Shown here in pieces: positions 1 to 9,741 of a stretch of 64,000 bases of DNA; position 1 is the stretch's first letter, and each line of letters opens with the position of its first letter. The stretch covers positions 160,001 through 224,000 of the forward strand of contig JBDRRF010000076.1 in assembly GCA_043825875.1 (NCBI GenBank), read 5' to 3'. The position numbers and the translations under genes are program-made. The notes beneath the pieces were generated by a model. It had not been told where the DNA came from, did not search any database, and saw only the letters and a list, made by a program, of their open reading frames with translations. Source of the DNA: Pseudomonadota bacterium (GTDB taxonomy: Bacteria; Desulfobacterota; Desulfobacteria; Desulfobacterales; RPRI01).

Positions 1-2038
1 ACATTGCTTCCAGTTTCATACGGTCAGCCATATCCATGAGCACTCTGTCTCTAGCTTTGTCTATACCGAGAGCCTTGCGCTTTTTATCTATATGGGCAAT
101 CATCTTGTGGGCATGTTTGATAGGATCAGCTTCGCAATCCCACATTCCGCCGTAAATCTTCTCAAGATCCTTGTACATATAGTCCTGGAAAACCGGCGCG
201 CCGCTCATAGGCAGATGTAAGCCAAACACCGTATAGACGCCTGAAGTTACAAAATAGTGCCCTATACTGATGGCTTTTTCACTCATCCATTCGGGAGCGC
301 TTCCGGCCAAGGGCAAATCACAGATGTCTTTCCCGAGACCGCCCGCCTTAACCACTTCGGTGGCGGCCAACAGCAGACGGCTGTTGTCAACACATGAACC
401 CATATGCAAAACAGGTGGAATACCAACTGTTTCACAAACTTCGGCAAGTCCGGGTCCGCAATAAACCGCAGCGGTTTCAGGAGTTAAAAGACCTTCCATT
501 GCGCATGCTATTCCGTTACAACCTGTTGTAAGAACAATTACATCATTTTTGATAAGTTCTTTAACTATAGCAATATGAGCTTCGTTATGGCGGGTTCTGG
601 CGTTGTTACAACCTACAACACCTGCAACGCCGCGGATACGTCCGTTAATTATATTGTCATTTAAGGTATAATAATCCCCGCGGAACGTACCACCAAGTTG
701 ATACTTAATTGATTCAACACTAAAGCCGGCAATCTGGGTAGCTTTCTGGCTTGGGATCATAACTTCAGCTCTTCTGTTTTTGAAGTTATCTATAGACATT
801 TTCACAATGCGCTTTGCATCTTCCATTGCATGATGTTCATCAAACTCGACATGAATTACATTATCCTGCTCCATCTTTGCAATCGGATGTGTTGTGATAA
901 CTTTGGTATGAAAACACTTTGCAACATTGGCAAGATTCTGGAAAATACACTGAACATCAACAACCATGGCCTCACACGCACCGGTTATAATGGCAAGTTC
1001 CTGCTGCAAAAATGTTCCTGCCGGCGGCACGCCATGACGCTGAAGCATTTCATTTCCCGTACAGCAGATTCCGCCAAGCTGAATTCCTTTTGCGCCAACA
1101 GATTTTGCATGATCGATCATTTCTTTTGACTGTGAAGCGGCGACTATCATCTCTGAGAGAATCGGCTCATGTCCGTGAATTATAATATTGACATGATCCT
1201 GCTTCATTATACCAAGGTTAGCCTCTGATTGGAGCGGAGAAGGCGTACCGAACATAACATCCTGAAGATCGGTTGCGATCATTGAACCACCCCATCCATC
1301 AGCCAATGAAGCTCTGGTGCATTGCTTTACAATGTTCTTGTAATCCTGATCAACTCCCATATGGGTTCTGTGCATGATTTCAACAGTTTCCCTGTCGATG
1401 TTTCTAGGAAGAACTCCAAGTTTTTTCCATCTTTCATATAAAGGCTCGGGGGCTCTTTTTAAATTAAGAAGCTCGCCTTCCGGTTTACCCCATTCATTAA
1501 GAGCTTTTTCAGCAACTTCAAGGGCTATCTCATCAATATTGCGGTCAACCTCTTTTCCGTCAACCGTAACTTTTGTTTCAACTCCGTAATGGGGAGCAAT
1601 AGCTATAAGCTTACCAGGATCTTTGATTTTATAATCTGCAGTCTCTTTACGGGCAACAGAAAGAAATACTTCAGCAACTCCACGTCCATGATCAGAGTGT
1701 GCAGAAGCACCGGCAGCTACCATTCTTGCAAAATTTCTTGCAGCAATCGTATTTGCAGTTGCACCGCAAAGGCCTTTTCTATCATCTTCGCCTTCAATTC
1801 CGGATTTGCCAAGAGGCAGGCGGCAAGGACCCATGGCGCAGTTTTTACAGCAGGTGCCCTGAATACCGATATTACACGGCTTCATATTTTCAGCTCTGTC
1901 AAAAACTGTTTCAACACCCAGTTCCTGGGCACGTTTAATCATAGTTTGAGTCGCAAGGTCCATGGATGCCGCAATCGGATCGGCCAGTTTTTTCTCCTTG
2001 GGTGCCTTTACGACCTTATCTTTTGTTTCTTCTGCCAT
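1..2038 (-). CDS. cooS: Anaerobic carbon-monoxide dehydrogenase catalytic subunit (CooS/AcsA); stop codon falls at or just beyond the window edge
   Basis: Absent from the ORF track because it runs off the edge. Manual reading of the minus strand gives ATG at 2038 after a GAGG RBS, CKNCAMGPCRL, HSDHGR, GVVGCNN, HMGSCVDNSR, EWMSEKA and the C-terminus HIDKKRKALGI. Directly downstream of cdhD. Confidence 0.95.
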   Translation of the reverse strand, partial: MAEETKDKVVKAPKEKKLADPIAASMDLATQTMIKRAQELGVETVFDRAENMKPCNIGIQGTCCKNCAMGPCRLPLGKSGIEGEDDRKGLCGATANTIAARNFARMVAAGASAHSDHGRGVAEVFLSVARKETADYKIKDPGKLIAIAPHYGVETKVTVDGKEVDRNIDEIALEVAEKALNEWGKPEGELLNLKRAPEPLYERWKKLGVLPRNIDRETVEIMHRTHMGVDQDYKNIVKQCTRASLADGWGGSMIATDLQDVMFGTPSPLQSEANLGIMKQDHVNIIIHGHEPILSEMIVAASQSKEMIDHAKSVGAKGIQLGGICCTGNEMLQRHGVPPAGTFLQQELAIITGACEAMVVDVQCIFQNLANVAKCFHTKVITTHPIAKMEQDNVIHVEFDEHHAMEDAKRIVKMSIDNFKNRRAEVMIPSQKATQIAGFSVESIKYQLGGTFRGDYYTLNDNIINGRIRGVAGVVGCNNARTRHNEAHIAIVKELIKNDVIVLTTGCNGIACAMEGLLTPETAAVYCGPGLAEVCETVGIPPVLHMGSCVDNSRLLLAATEVVKAGGLGKDICDLPLAGSAPEWMSEKAISIGHYFVTSGVYTVFGLHLPMSGAPVFQDYMYKDLEKIYGGMWDCEADPIKHAHKMIAHIDKKRKALGIDKARDRVLMDMADRMKLEAM

Positions 2039-2117
2039 TAGAGGTTCCTCCTCATATTTTTTATTATTCAGGCATCATCACCAAAAAGGTGATAAAAACC
2101 ATAAATGATCACACAAA

Positions 2118-3674
2118 TTAAATTCTTTTGTGCATTCTGTTCAATTTTTCAAGTATTTTATCGGTTTCCGACTTCTGCTCGGCGGCAGCCGTCATTGCAA
2201 CCGATTTCTCAGGAGCATCTGTTTTAGCAGCAAGGCGATTTTCGCGTTCCTGTGCTCTTTTATCCCTTATCGCTTGCTCTTCGGCTTCTGCTTTTGATCT
2301 TGCTTCTGCTTCCGCTTTGGCCTTTGCATCGGCTTCTGCCTTTACTTTTGCCTCTGCATCTGCTTTTGCTTTTGCCTCTGCATCTGCCTTTGCTTTTGCA
2401 TCTGCTTCTGCTTTGGCTTTAGCATCTACTTCCGCTTTTGCTTTTGCCTCTGCTTCCGCATTTGCTTTTACAGCCGGATCTACTTCCGCTTTTGCCTTTA
2501 CTTCTTCTTTAGGAGCAGCAGGTGCTGCTGCTTTCGGCTCGGCTTTAGGAGCAGCTTTAGGTTCAGCCTTTGGCGCTTCCGTTTTTTTGGCTTCAGCTTT
2601 CTTTGCCGGCTCAGCTTTTTTAGCTTTTTCTTCTGGTATTGTGAGATCCGGTTCAGGCGATAAAGTTTTAAAATCAATAGCTACATCGTCCAGTTTTTTC
2701 TTAATCGGATCAACTGTCTGTAGTGAACCTCCATCTGCAAGACAGTCTATAAAAGACTTTACCATGCGAATAGCTTCAGGATGCCTCATAATCATTATAT
2801 TCGAACCTGCCAGAAGATAACTAACCGCACCGACAGCTTCCATAAGAATCCCACGTTTTTCGGGATCACCAAGAACGGGAGCTTCTTTTTCCGTCTGCTT
2901 TGCTTCTTTGCATTTCCAAACCTCGTTTCCAAGGTTATTAATTATAGGGTACTGCAACTTATCATCACCTTGAGCAAGTGCAGCCATTCTCAAACGTTCC
3001 ATAACGGAATAAGAATATTCCATTCCATATCCAAGACCGCCAGTTGTGGGATCAACAATAATTTTGTCAGATGATACACCCAAATTTTCAAGAAGGATGT
3101 TTATCTGTTTTGCAAGGTTAACATCGATAGGCGATGATGATATAATTGTATGGCCATATCCCATGGCACTTGCGCCTATTCCTTTGTGGTTCTTATCTTC
3201 GACGGGCCCCATCGTTAGGTTTTCACCCTGACATTCTTCAGCAATTTTCTTTAATACCGCCTCATCTTTCTGGGCGTTGGCACATCCCCAAATAATCAGA
3301 GGGACATTAATCGCCGCACTAACTTTTTTTACTGTTGCGGCAATATCTTCAGGTGACGCATCTTTACCATTAGGATCAGCGCTTTTTAATTGAAGAACAA
3401 TCATTTCAGCGCCATATGCATCAACACATTTTTTGGCCCAGGCTACAGGGTCGGAAACCACATCTTTAAAATAGCAAAGCACTGATTCCGGCCAGTCTTC
3501 CGGTTCAGTGTCCCAGATTTCCATTGCAATCCTGGGTTTATTTGGCATACTTCCTTCAAAAAGATAGAAAGGATAGCATGCCTCACCACCAACAGTAACG
3601 GCATTCTCGCCTTTTCCTAATGTAATGCCCTTTATACTGCCGGAATAAGATTCCTTATATATTTCAAAACCCAA
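2118..3674 (-). CDS. acsD: Corrinoid iron-sulfur protein small subunit (acetyl-CoA decarbonylase/synthase delta) with Ala/Lys/Glu-rich C-terminal extension
   Basis: TVGGE..PFYLFEG, SSPIDVNLAKQ, DPTTGGLGYGMEYSYSVMERLR and MRHP motifs. TTG start with AGGAGG RBS. Confidence 0.93.
   Translation of the reverse strand: MGFEIYKESYSGSIKGITLGKGENAVTVGGEACYPFYLFEGSMPNKPRIAMEIWDTEPEDWPESVLCYFKDVVSDPVAWAKKCVDAYGAEMIVLQLKSADPNGKDASPEDIAATVKKVSAAINVPLIIWGCANAQKDEAVLKKIAEECQGENLTMGPVEDKNHKGIGASAMGYGHTIISSSPIDVNLAKQINILLENLGVSSDKIIVDPTTGGLGYGMEYSYSVMERLRMAALAQGDDKLQYPIINNLGNEVWKCKEAKQTEKEAPVLGDPEKRGILMEAVGAVSYLLAGSNIMIMRHPEAIRMVKSFIDCLADGGSLQTVDPIKKKLDDVAIDFKTLSPEPDLTIPEEKAKKAEPAKKAEAKKTEAPKAEPKAAPKAEPKAAAPAAPKEEVKAKAEVDPAVKANAEAEAKAKAEVDAKAKAEADAKAKADAEAKAKADAEAKVKAEADAKAKAEAEARSKAEAEEQAIRDKRAQERENRLAAKTDAPEKSVAMTAAAEQKSETDKILEKLNRMHKRI
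2280..2625 (-). repeat. Coding low-complexity tandem repeat (AEAKAKAD / KAEPKAAP units) inside acsD
   Basis: Repeated gcatctgcttttgcttttgcctct-type 24-nt units encoding (AEAKAKAD)n. Confidence 0.85.
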
Positions 3675-4111
3675 AGCAACCTCCTTTTAACAAAAAAGTT
3701 AACCCACTGTATTACATGTTAATAAACATTATGGGATTAACAAAAATTATGGGTGAAAAAAAACAACCTCTGCCTTAAAAAATTAAATCAACCCCCCTTT
3801 CAATATATTTCCAATTTATTATAAATTTATCTACGCCGGTAGATTTATTGCTGTGAGCATAAAAAAAGAACGGTATTAAACCATCTTTAAAGCTCGCCTA
3901 TTAAATTTTAGCTTTCACATAACAAGTGGACAATGCATATCAAAATCCATTTATCATAACTACTTAACCATTCTTAACCGGTTAGATAGCCATCAATTTC
4001 ATGAAGTATTATTAAATATAAAATTCTATATGATTGCCATATATTGAGATTTTAAGTTTGTCAATAATTAACAATCATTAAATGTTTTTAAATTGAAGCC
4101 TTGAGAAAACG

Positions 4112-6055
4112 CTATCCGGCATTTTTGTGTTTTTCATCAAAACGCGCTTTAACTTTGGGAAATTTATTCATATCAGTATGTGGCAGAAAGAGAGCTGCAA
4201 TATAATTATCCATATAAGAAGCCGTTTCAGAAAGTTCAAAATTTGTCATCTTCTTAGTTACTTCAACAACATCTTTTCTCACGCGGTTTGTAAGGCAGCT
4301 CATTTTTGCTCCAAGCAATGAACCATTTCCAATAAATGTAATCTTTTCAAGGTCTATTTCAGGTAACAAGCCTATAGTTATGGATTTTTCAAGATCAACG
4401 TAACTTCCGAATCCTCCGGCCAGAATAACACGTTGAAGGTCATTTACTGTAAGGCCGACTTCTTCAAGAAGCGTCAAGCAACCGCTATATATGGCACCTT
4501 TTGCACGAATTAGATTGTCAATATCCGGTTCAGTGATAACTATATCCCTGTCAATCTGTGTCTCATTAGCCCATACGACCACATATTCATAAACCCCTTC
4601 TGTATCACGAATTCGTGGGATGTTAAGATCCCTGTTAAATTTTCCAAGATTATTTATAACTCCTGCTTCAAACAAAGATGCTACCATTATTATAAGACCG
4701 GAGCCGCATATCCCTTTGGGGCTTATATTGCCGATAGTAATATTCATAGGCTCAAACGTAACAGGATCTATTGAAAAATCCTCGATAGCCCCTTTTGTGG
4801 CACGCATTCCGAACTTGACGCCGCCACCCTCAAATGCCGGACCAGCCGAACAGGCGGCACATGCAAACCAATCTTTATTACCTATCACTATCTCTGCATT
4901 TGTTCCTATATCCATGTAAAGCGTCAGCTCATCCGAACGATACATTCCGGAGCCCATAACTCCTGCCACAATATCTCCACCCACATAACTTGAAATCTGT
5001 GGATAAACGAGAGCATTGACATGATCTCCAAGTTCGATTCCAAGAAAAGCGGCTTTTATAGGCGGATAAAGCGTGGCCGCAGGAACATATGGCGACCTGC
5101 GAATATACCTTGTATTAACTTTAAGCAAAAGCTGGGTCATTGTCGTATTTCCAGCAATGGTTATAGCTGATATTTCATCAGGATCTATTCCGGACCGTTT
5201 AATTATTTTTTTAATAATTATATTTATTGTTTTGATAATTACAGCATGCAGCTTTTCCAGCCCGCCAGGTTTTTCAGAATACACAATTCTGCTTATTACA
5301 TCTTCCCCATAGCTTATCTGAGCATTGAAATCTCCATGTTGCGCAAGCACCTCGCCACTAACTATATCAATTAACTGCCCATATACAGTAGTAGTCCCTA
5401 TATCCATTGCAATGGCATAATTTTGTTTAGTGGTGTCACCTTCCTTTATATTAATAATATGGGTCTTTCTTCCTTCATGAACAGGACGTGCCAGAGTGGC
5501 TGTTATTTTAAAATCGCCTTTTCTTAAAATATCGGATATTTTTCTTATTACCGGCAAATCGACTACAAGACGATGTTCGTCATAATTTGCTTTTAGATAG
5601 CTTACCAACCGTGAAACATCAGGAAGATTATCCTGTGCGGTTGGCTCCGGGAGTTCAAGATATCTTTTTTCAACCGGTGGAATAAATAATCCCTTTTCCT
5701 TAAGTTCATCAAAATTCATATCCTTGATACGTGCTGTTCGCCTGGGAGTGGGCTGCATGTTAAGTACGCTTGCGTCAATAGAGGATTCAACCGGAATTCT
5801 TACTTTCAGATCGCTTTTGATTTTTGAAAGGCAGGCCTGGCGGTAACCTTTATTTATATCATCATCACTAAGTTTTTCTGTAATTCCTCCTTCTACTTCC
5901 CCTTCCTCAATTATAACAAGGCATTTGCCGCAAACCCCTTCACCACCACATGAAGCATTAACATGTACACCTGCTTCCATCGCAAGTCTCAAGAGGTTAT
6001 AGCCTTTTTCTGCTGATATAGTAATATTATGAGGGTAAAAAATTACCTGATGCAT
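4112..6055 (-). CDS. ASKHA-family ATPase with N-terminal 2Fe-2S domain (reductive activator of corrinoid protein, RACo/AcsV)
   Basis: CGGEGVCGKC...C Fe-S motif, DIGTTT, DIGTNAEI, SAGPAFEG, GICGSG, LAGGFG. Located next to acsD. Confidence 0.92.
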   Translation of the reverse strand: MHQVIFYPHNITISAEKGYNLLRLAMEAGVHVNASCGGEGVCGKCLVIIEEGEVEGGITEKLSDDDINKGYRQACLSKIKSDLKVRIPVESSIDASVLNMQPTPRRTARIKDMNFDELKEKGLFIPPVEKRYLELPEPTAQDNLPDVSRLVSYLKANYDEHRLVVDLPVIRKISDILRKGDFKITATLARPVHEGRKTHIINIKEGDTTKQNYAIAMDIGTTTVYGQLIDIVSGEVLAQHGDFNAQISYGEDVISRIVYSEKPGGLEKLHAVIIKTINIIIKKIIKRSGIDPDEISAITIAGNTTMTQLLLKVNTRYIRRSPYVPAATLYPPIKAAFLGIELGDHVNALVYPQISSYVGGDIVAGVMGSGMYRSDELTLYMDIGTNAEIVIGNKDWFACAACSAGPAFEGGGVKFGMRATKGAIEDFSIDPVTFEPMNITIGNISPKGICGSGLIIMVASLFEAGVINNLGKFNRDLNIPRIRDTEGVYEYVVVWANETQIDRDIVITEPDIDNLIRAKGAIYSGCLTLLEEVGLTVNDLQRVILAGGFGSYVDLEKSITIGLLPEIDLEKITFIGNGSLLGAKMSCLTNRVRKDVVEVTKKMTNFELSETASYMDNYIAALFLPHTDMNKFPKVKARFDEKHKNAG

Positions 6056-6461
6056 ATATTTTTCCTGTTGAATTATTAGTAATGAATTATATTGAAACTT
6101 TTAAACCATATATCAAAACCCTATTTTAAGTCAACCTGTTCCAAAATTATTGAAATGCAAAGTTCATTATTTATAAAATATTTTTAATTTTTTCTTTTTT
6201 AAAACACATAATTCTTGCCAACATAAATAGTCCATGCTAATTGGAAAATTGTTTAAATTACAAAACAATATGGGATATTATACAACTATCTATATTTAAT
6301 AGTTATTTTAATCCTTGTTTGATTTATTGAAAGCTTAAAAACAGGCTAAGGATATATAATTCCAGCCTGTTATGAAGAAGGAACCATTTATATCTTAACA
6401 GGAACAGGCTTAATCTGTTCCAGAAAAATTAAACTATTAACAATTAAGGAGAATTTGAAAG

Positions 6462-8225
6462 ATGGCTTATGATGCAGTAAAAATGGCTGACTGGCAGATT
6501 TCCGAAGCAGCGGAAGCAAACATGCCGTCACCGGAACAATGGAGAGATAAACTTGGCCTTATGCCCGATGAAATTCTTCCTATGGGCAGGCTCGCAAAGC
6601 TTGATTTTCTTAAAATAATGAACCGCCTTGAGAAGGAAGATGATGGCAAGTATATTGAGGTTACAGCTATCACCCCTACACCGCTTGGTGAAGGTAAAAG
6701 CACAACCTCGGTCGGCCTTATGGAAGGCCTTGGTTTGCGTGGAAAAAATGTAGGCGGAGCTTTGAGGCAACCATCAGGCGGACCAACAATGAATGTTAAG
6801 GGAACTGCCGCAGGCGGTGGAAATGCACTTATTATTCCCATGACAGAGTTTTCATTGGGCCTTACAGGTGACATCAATGACATCATGAACGCTCACAACC
6901 TTGCTATGGTTGCATTAACAGCACGTATGCAGCATGAAAGAAATTATAATGATGAACAATTGGCAAGATTGACCAAGATGCGCCGGCTTGATGTTGATCC
7001 CACACGTGTTGAAATGGGATGGATAATTGATTTCTGCGCACAGGCACTTAGAAATATCATTATCGGCCTTGGCGGAAGAACAGACGGTTTCACAATGCAA
7101 TCCAAGTTTGGAATTGCCGTTGGTTCGGAATGTATGGCTATTCTTTCCATAGTCAAGGATCTTGCCGACTTAAGAAAACGTCTTGATGAAATAACTGTTG
7201 CGTTTGATAAGAGCGGCAAACCGGTTACAACCGGAGACCTTGAAGTTGGCGGTGCCATGACCGCTTTTATGAGAAACACTATTAATCCCACTCTTTTAAG
7301 TACAGCCGAATATCAGCCCTGTATGATTCATGCCGGACCGTTTGCAAACATTGCTGTAGGCCAATCATCTATCATCGCAGACCGCATTGGTCTTAAATTG
7401 CATGATTACCATGTTACAGAGAGCGGTTTTGCAGCAGATATCGGATTTGAGAAATTCTGGAACGTAAAGTGCCGCAACAGCGGTCTCAAACCCCATGTTT
7501 CAGTTCTCACCTCCACAATACGCGCTCTTAAGATGCACGGCGGCGGACCCAGAGTTGTAGCAGGAAAAGCACTTGATGAAGCATACACCAAGGAAAACCT
7601 CGCACTGGTTGAAAATGGTGTAGAGAACATGGTTCACATGATAGGCGTAATCCGCAAAGCCGGCATAAACCCGGTTGTTTGTGTTAACAGATTCTATACC
7701 GATACTGATGCTGAAGTTGCTGTTGTTAAAAGAGCGGCTGAGGCAGCCGGAGCACGCTGTGCCGAATCAAGCCACTGGGAAAAGGGCGGAGAAGGTGCTC
7801 TTGAACTGGCAGATGCCGTAATTGATGCATGTAACGAAGAAAACGATTTTAAATTCCTTTATCCGCTTGAGATGAAGCTTCGTGACAGAGTTGCTCTTAT
7901 AGCAAAAGAAGTATACGGAGCAGATGGCGTATCATGGAGTCCTGAAGCAGAAACAAAAGCCAAAATGCTTGAAAATGATCCCAAATACGCTGACTTCTCA
8001 ACAATGATGGTTAAGACTCATTTAAGCCTTACTCATGAACCGACTCTAAAGGGTGTTCCAAAAAACTGGACACTTCCGATAAGAGACATTCTGATTTATT
8101 CAGGCGCCAAATTCCTGTGCCCATGTGCAGGAACCATTAGTCTCATGCCCGGAACAAGTTCCAACCCGGCATTCAGAAGAATCGATGTTGATACAAGTAC
8201 AGGAAAAGTAAGCGGACTTTTCTAG
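6462..8225 (+). CDS. fhs: Formate--tetrahydrofolate ligase
   Basis: [53 protein letters not shown] motifs. Confidence 0.97.
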   Translation: MAYDAVKMADWQISEAAEANMPSPEQWRDKLGLMPDEILPMGRLAKLDFLKIMNRLEKEDDGKYIEVTAITPTPLGEGKSTTSVGLMEGLGLRGKNVGGALRQPSGGPTMNVKGTAAGGGNALIIPMTEFSLGLTGDINDIMNAHNLAMVALTARMQHERNYNDEQLARLTKMRRLDVDPTRVEMGWIIDFCAQALRNIIIGLGGRTDGFTMQSKFGIAVGSECMAILSIVKDLADLRKRLDEITVAFDKSGKPVTTGDLEVGGAMTAFMRNTINPTLLSTAEYQPCMIHAGPFANIAVGQSSIIADRIGLKLHDYHVTESGFAADIGFEKFWNVKCRNSGLKPHVSVLTSTIRALKMHGGGPRVVAGKALDEAYTKENLALVENGVENMVHMIGVIRKAGINPVVCVNRFYTDTDAEVAVVKRAAEAAGARCAESSHWEKGGEGALELADAVIDACNEENDFKFLYPLEMKLRDRVALIAKEVYGADGVSWSPEAETKAKMLENDPKYADFSTMMVKTHLSLTHEPTLKGVPKNWTLPIRDILIYSGAKFLCPCAGTISLMPGTSSNPAFRRIDVDTSTGKVSGLF

Positions 8226-8257
8226 AAACTATTAGGAATATATCATAATACCATAAT

Positions 8258-8299
8258 AAATGGGGCCCCAGGATTTTCCTGGCGCCCCATTTTTATTTT
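8258..8299 (+). terminator. Intrinsic terminator after fhs (probably bidirectional)
   Basis: aaatggggc.ccagg-atttt-cctgg.gccccattt stem followed by a T-run. Confidence 0.8.
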
Positions 8300-8354
8300 A
8301 AAATTGCAAAAATCGAATTTATGGTAACTACTTAGGTTGTTAGGTTCACAGTTT

Positions 8355-8470
8355 ATTACCTTGAGCCCTTCATACGCAAATCCCGGTTTCTTTGTCATAG
8401 GATACACTTTTTTAGTCAATCCAAATGCCAGTCGGTAAGCCTCAATATCTTAAAAACATTCGATTTTCAT
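8355..8470 (-). pseudogene. Remnant of a four-helix-bundle (23S rRNA IVP / TIGR02436-like) gene
   Basis: Minus strand reads MKIECF*DIEAYRLAFGLTKKVYPMTKKPGF, resembling the family N-terminus MKIxxFEDLxxWxxAxxLxxxVYxxT. Has an in-frame stop and is truncated. Confidence 0.65.
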
Positions 8471-8476
8471 CGCACC

Positions 8477-8521
8477 TTGAACCATGAACCATGGAACTGT
8501 GAACCTATAACCGTAAACTGC
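8477..8521. repeat. Degenerate 7-bp tandem repeats (TGAACCA-like) upstream of the four-helix-bundle remnant
   Basis: ttgaaccatgaaccatggaactgtgaacctataaccgtaaactg, with a complementary ggttcacag/ggttg tract near 8335-8352. Confidence 0.6.
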
Positions 8522-8523
8522 AT

Positions 8524-9180
8524 TTATATAATAACAAGTTTTTTTACCGCATCAACCACTTCTTCCGGATCATCCATAACCTGGAGTATATCAATATCGT
8601 CTTCTGAAATCTTATTCGATTCCAGCATCCTGGATTTAATCCATTTTTTGAGCCCACCCCAATAGTCTGATCCGACAAGAATAACCGGCAGCGGCCTTAT
8701 GCGGTGAGTTTGAATAAGCGTAACAGCTTCAAAAAGTTCATCTATCGTACCAAACCCACCAGGCATGATAATATATGCATAAGCATATTTTACAAACATT
8801 ACTTTTCGGATAAAAAAATATTTAAATTCAAGTTTTATATTAGAATATGGATTAGGCTCTTGTTCAAAAGGCAGGATTATATTAAGGCCTACGGATTTTC
8901 CACCTGCTTCGGCAGCTCCTTTATTGGCAGCTTCCATGACACCACCACCACCACCCGTAATTACAGAAAAATCGTTTTTCACAAAAAGGGACGCTATCAA
9001 TTCAGTTTTCTTATATACAGGATCATCCGGCTTGATTCTTGCCGATCCGAAAATACTTACAGCCGGTCCTAATTCATGAAGGGCCTCTATCCCTTCAACA
9101 AACTCGCCCATAATTCTAAAAAGCCGCCATGACTCCGATATAGACAATTCATCTATTAAATACTGTTTTTCCATTTTCAC
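8524..9180 (-). CDS. LOG family (TIGR00730) Rossmann-fold nucleotide phosphoribohydrolase
   Basis: SIFGSAR, ITGGGGGVMEAAN, FFIRKVMF, PGGFGTIDELFE. Confidence 0.92.
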   Translation of the reverse strand: MKMEKQYLIDELSISESWRLFRIMGEFVEGIEALHELGPAVSIFGSARIKPDDPVYKKTELIASLFVKNDFSVITGGGGGVMEAANKGAAEAGGKSVGLNIILPFEQEPNPYSNIKLEFKYFFIRKVMFVKYAYAYIIMPGGFGTIDELFEAVTLIQTHRIRPLPVILVGSDYWGGLKKWIKSRMLESNKISEDDIDILQVMDDPEEVVDAVKKLVII

Positions 9181-9298
9181 CCCTAAAATATCGTCTTTAA
9201 TAAAATAAAAGCAATCAAATATACTCTTTTCGAAATAATATTTTAGTATAAATTATATTAAACCGAAACTCAAAGAAATTAAAGTTAAACAGTATATT

Positions 9299-9363
9299 TT
9301 TATACTAATTATTTATTGTTATGTCAATTGAACATTGACAAATACGTTACATATGATTAGATT
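9299..9363. promoter_or_regulatory. Back-to-back divergent sigma70 promoters for the LOG gene (-) and ptsH-ptsI (+)
   Basis: Plus: TTGACA(9335-9340)-17bp-TAGATT. Minus: TTGACA(9327-9322)-17bp-TATAAA. Confidence 0.7.
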
Positions 9364-9452
9364 GAAGAAATTATGGCTTGCAAATTTAACAATATTAAAG
9401 CTATTATTTTTTTGTTTAAAACCACCTTTCTTATCATTTAACTAATAACTTA

Positions 9453-9734
9453 ATGAATAAAAATTCCAACGATCTTCTACAAAAAACAACTATAGTAAAC
9501 GAACTTGGACTACATGCAAGGGCGGCAGCTAAAATTGCACACCTTGCCGCAAACGCTAATAAAAAAATCTGGATTATAAACGAAAGTGAAAAAATAGACG
9601 CTTCAAGCATAATAGATATCCTTACACTTGGTTATGCCAAGGGTACCCGGATAACATTTGAGGCGGAAAACGAGACTGATATTGATATTTTAAATCATAT
9701 AATAATCCTGGTTGAAAATGGGTTTGGAGAATAA
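9453..9734 (+). CDS. ptsH: HPr phosphocarrier protein
   Basis: NELGLHARAAAK and DASSII motifs. Confidence 0.93.
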   Translation: MNKNSNDLLQKTTIVNELGLHARAAAKIAHLAANANKKIWIINESEKIDASSIIDILTLGYAKGTRITFEAENETDIDILNHIIILVENGFGE

Positions 9735-9741
9735 ACTCAAT

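Noticed and set aside
270..2041. Several plus-strand ORFs (64-150 aa) in the ORF track
   Set aside because: They are antisense shadows of the minus-strand cooS frame, which the track missed because its stop lies at the window edge.
2128..2820. 230-aa Ala/Ser/Phe-rich plus-strand ORF
   Set aside because: Mirror of the low-complexity acsD tail; no independent coding evidence.
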